Below are positions 61,008-64,000 of a stretch of DNA of 64,000 bases, one piece after another. The stretch spans positions 160,001 through 224,000 of the forward strand of contig CAWBZV010000002.1 in the NCBI GenBank assembly GCA_963793305.1, in the 5' to 3' direction. The notes below the pieces were generated by a model. The model was not told the DNA's origin and searched no databases. It saw only the letters and a list, made by a program, of their open reading frames with translations. A program made the translations under genes and the position numbers. Source of the DNA: an uncultured Gemmatimonadales bacterium. GTDB lineage: Bacteria; Gemmatimonadota; Gemmatimonadetes; Gemmatimonadales; Gemmatimonadaceae. Each line of letters starts with the position of its first letter. Position 1 is the stretch's first letter.

Positions 61008-62462
61008 GTGACGGACGAAAGACTTCACGCGCTAATTGACGAGTTGAGAGCGCTCCCCTCGGAAACAGGATGGGTCGAGTTCAAGACGAACTACGCCGAG
61101 CCTGAGAAGACCGGCAAACTCATCTCGGCGATCTCGAATTCGGCCCGCATGGCGGACCGGTCCGTGGGCTACGTCGTGTGGGGAATCGAAGACGTCACCC
61201 ACAATCTGGTCGGAACGACCTTCAGCCCGCAGTCCGATAAAGTCGGGAATCAGCCACTTGAGTTGTGGTTCTCGACCATGCTCAAGCCGGGTATGTCGCT
61301 CAAATTCCATTCGACGACGCATCCGATGGGTGAGCGGGTTGTTGTGCTGGAGGTCCCCGCGGCGGCGAGCGTGATGACGAAGTTCCAAGAAATCGCGTAC
61401 ATACGGATCGGGAGCGCGGTCACGAAACTCTCGGATCACCCCGAGCGCGAGGCGGAGCTCGTCGCGAAACTGCGGCCTTTCATTTGGGAGCGAGGTCTCG
61501 CGGCGGAGTTTCAGACTGTCGCTGAGGTCGAACAACGCCTTGACATCGATGCCTATTTTCGGCTCATCGAGGCGGCACGGCCCGATGAACCCTCCGAGGT
61601 CATACATCGGCTCGCTGCTGAGCGACTCATCGTGCACGATGTCAAGGACCGTTGGAACATCTACAACCTCGGCGCGCTGCTGTTCGCGACCGACTTGGGC
61701 GCATTCGATTCGACATCACGAAAGGGCGTGCGCGTGACAGTGTACGATGGCCTGGGTAAAGCGAAGACCAAGAGGCACGTGGAAGGGAACCGCGGCTACG
61801 CGGGTTCATTTGAGAATCTCATAGGGTACATCGACGCGCTATTGCCGCGGGAAGAGCAAGTCGTCCCGGCACTGCGTAGCGTTCGACGCGCGTATCCGCC
61901 GATCGCGATTCGTGAGTTGGTAGCCAATGCTCCCGTTCACCAGGATCTCACGATGCCCGGGGTGGGGCCGATGATCGAGATATACGATGACCGAATCGAG
62001 ATCACGAATCCCGGCGCACCGGTCACCGACATGCTGCGGAAGTTGTTCGGTGCCCCGCCGCAGTCGCGAAACGAAATGATGGGCAAATTGATGCGGCGAA
62101 TGAGAATCTGCGAAGAGCGCGGCTCCGGACTCGTGAAAGTCATCTCTTCCGCCGAGGAATACCATTTACCGGCACCGGAATTTCGAACGATCGACGGGCA
62201 CACCCGCGTGACCCTCTTTGGCCCGCGACCATTCTCGGAGATGAATAAGGAGCAGAGAATGCTTGTGTGCTATCAGCATACCGCGCTCCAGTTCCACAAT
62301 CGCAGCTACATGACGAATGCGACCCTGAGAGACCGACTGCAAATCGAGGAGCAAAACAAAGCGCAGGTTTCGCGGGTCATCAGAGACACACTGAACGCGC
62401 GCTGGATTCGTCCCCAAGATCAGGAACGCCCCCGAGCTGGCTACCTGCCGTATTGGGCATAG
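61008..62462 (+). CDS. Schlafen/AlbA_2 domain plus HATPase_c_4 ATPase plus wHTH protein
   Basis: ETGWVEFK, SAISN, WGIED; RELVAN..HQD, DRIEITNPG, SRNE, EERGSG; YLPYWA end. Confidence 0.85.
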   Translation: MTDERLHALIDELRALPSETGWVEFKTNYAEPEKTGKLISAISNSARMADRSVGYVVWGIEDVTHNLVGTTFSPQSDKVGNQPLELWFSTMLKPGMSLKFHSTTHPMGERVVVLEVPAAASVMTKFQEIAYIRIGSAVTKLSDHPEREAELVAKLRPFIWERGLAAEFQTVAEVEQRLDIDAYFRLIEAARPDEPSEVIHRLAAERLIVHDVKDRWNIYNLGALLFATDLGAFDSTSRKGVRVTVYDGLGKAKTKRHVEGNRGYAGSFENLIGYIDALLPREEQVVPALRSVRRAYPPIAIRELVANAPVHQDLTMPGVGPMIEIYDDRIEITNPGAPVTDMLRKLFGAPPQSRNEMMGKLMRRMRICEERGSGLVKVISSAEEYHLPAPEFRTIDGHTRVTLFGPRPFSEMNKEQRMLVCYQHTALQFHNRSYMTNATLRDRLQIEEQNKAQVSRVIRDTLNARWIRPQDQERPRAGYLPYWA

Positions 62463-62957
62463 AATCAGAGGGCGACCGCGCTTCGCAGGCGTGTGTAATG
62501 AATTGATCGTAGCTGTCAAGCCTGACAGTATGGGTCCGTAACTGATGTAATTGTAATGATTTAGACTGTGCGCAAGAATTGACCATGAATTGACTGTGTG
62601 GAAAACCGAGGGGCGGACAGCAACCATTGGGTGGGTAGCAATCATTGGTCGCGCCCAGTGAGTCATGATCGAGCGGGGCCCCCGTCCTAGGCGGCTAATC
62701 GGCCGCGCGCGCCGCCGATGACGACGGCGGCACATTGATGACGCGGTTTGGACGGCCGCTCCCAGATTGGTCGGCATGGCGCCGCCGTGCTGGCTCGATC
62801 CGCGACTCGCACCCTATTTCCGGCGGTGCGCCTGCGCTCATTTCAGCGCTTCGGCGTGACCGGCGCAGTGGTCGCGACGCGCTGGCGGCACATCACTGGT
62901 TGATCTCCATCGCTCTCGGCGTCACGACTGCGCCACAGGGGCCGCCCGCCCAGAACG

Positions 62958-63319
62958 CTACGACCAGATTTTCCGCATACGAGCCACGACCAGCGTTGCC
63001 TCGGGGTCCGGCAACGTCTCTTTCAGCATCTCTATCGTCCGCCTCAGATGACCCGTGACCTGCTCCCGGTCAACGCCATGGAGCGGCGGGAGACTCGTGC
63101 TCACGATGAACTCGGCAGCACGTAACCCAAGACGTGGCTCAACATCCCTGTCGCGCATGAAGCGCTTGAGGATGCGAATAGCGGTCGGCGCCGCTTCCGA
63201 ATGTCCTGGCGTAGCGCTTCCGGCGGCCGCCCGCCGCCCCTGTTGCCCTCATTGCCGCGCCGGAGTGTGCCGCCATTTCGGCCCGGCTGCACGGAGTTTG
63301 TCACGGAGTTTTCGGCCAC
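62958..63319 (-). CDS. Hypothetical protein, terminase-small-subunit-like N-terminus; probable frameshift near 63197
   Basis: GGTLRRGNEGNRGGGRPPEALR; adding one G joins it to EAAPTAIRILKRFMRD... Confidence 0.5.
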
Positions 63320-63797
63320 CGGGACCCCTCGATTCGGCCAGGGGAAACTCAACGCCCGACCAGTCGCTTCCGAGTTCTGGCAGCTTGATCACAGGCAGCC
63401 GCACTGTCTCGACACGGGCCAGGCCCTCAACTGCGGCGTTGACCTTGACCTTGTCAGCAGTCCCCAGTCCGTACTTGAGCGCGATCTCGACGGCGCGCAG
63501 CTGATCGGCAGGGGTTGGGTCGATCTCGACAACAGACCCATCACGGTCTATGACCCTGACAGGCTGACCATCGATCAGTGGCTTGAGCACTCTCGCGACA
63601 CCAATTCTCGCGATGCGTAGCAATGCCCTTCGGAGCCTATCTGGCGGTTTGCCGCCCCCGCCGCAATGTCCGGGCACGCCGCCGCGACAGAGCTTTCCGT
63701 GGCCGTGGATGGGGGCGACCAATGGCGGGAACTCGTCGTGGCCGGAGCGTTCTTTTGAGGCATGTGTCACGGCTGGCGTCATGCTCGCGAGAGTCAC
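63249..63797 (-). CDS. Hypothetical protein, terminase-small-subunit-like
   Basis: HGKLCRGGVPGHCGGGGKPPDRLR and ADQLRAVEIALKYGLG; resembles the downstream ORF. Confidence 0.55.
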   Translation of the reverse strand: MTLASMTPAVTHASKERSGHDEFPPLVAPIHGHGKLCRGGVPGHCGGGGKPPDRLRRALLRIARIGVARVLKPLIDGQPVRVIDRDGSVVEIDPTPADQLRAVEIALKYGLGTADKVKVNAAVEGLARVETVRLPVIKLPELGSDWSGVEFPLAESRGPGGRKLRDKLRAAGPKWRHTPARQ

Positions 63798-64000
63798 GGG
63801 ACGGTAGTTGCGACGGTAGTTTTAGCGACAGTTCCACATTCGCAATTCGGGCAGTGACCGGCACGAGAATGGTCACCGTTCCGGTCACTGTTCACGACGA
63901 CAAGATCCGCTGTTTGGCCTGCCGAGTCCGGGCGGATTACGGCGGCGTCAGAGAGAGAACCGGCATGATGCCGGAAGGCACGCCGCAATATCGTTAGCTT
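63794..64000 (-). CDS. Possible 3' end of a gene truncated by the window edge
   Basis: Frame open to 64000, contains CPNC, ends in a GTGA overlap with the next ORF. Confidence 0.35.
   Translation of the reverse strand, partial: KLTILRRAFRHHAGSLSDAAVIRPDSAGQTADLVVVNSDRNGDHSRAGHCPNCECGTVAKTTVATTVP

Larger units (their letters stand above)
60870..64000. mobile_element. Edge of an accessory island or prophage/satellite-like element
   Basis: Loss of tight gene packing, visibly lower GC, AT-rich repeat spacer and phage-like hypothetical genes; no integrase within the window. Confidence 0.45.

Noticed and set aside
62530..62605. dif site or oriC
   Set aside because: No TTATGTTAAAT-like XerD arm and only one imperfect DnaA box (TTTTCCACA)

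Overview
High-GC, very densely packed bacterial chromosome segment. Gene content and order suggest Gemmatimonadota (inference, not confirmed). Bases 1 to ~60,850 are mostly core genes: peptidases, an Opp/Dpp ABC plus POT peptide-uptake operon, lipM-like/gcvH/coaE, a nurA-herA-X-sbcD-sbcC DNA end-processing operon, an unannotated 6S RNA before folE, a DivK/PleD-like signalling cluster coupled to ligA, pdp, recF-dciA-gyrB, topoisomerase IB, mtnA, glpK, an atypical ccmEFH cytochrome c maturation cluster, an ECF sigma with a membrane-anchored YCII partner, ABC exporters and cutA. From ~60,870 to the end lies an apparent accessory region: a Schlafen/AlbA_2-ATPase gene, an AT-rich repeat-bearing spacer and two tandem terminase-small-subunit-like paralogs. 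About 17 single-base frameshifts break ordinary genes, including gyrB and coaE. Nine are the same event (GACGTC read as GAACGTC/GACGTTC) and most others sit at GATG, which points to motif-specific sequencing error, possibly caused by DNA modification, rather than gene decay. Many starts have a TANNNT box exactly 7 nt upstream, suggesting leaderless mRNAs. All calls come from motif recognition by eye; no searches were run.
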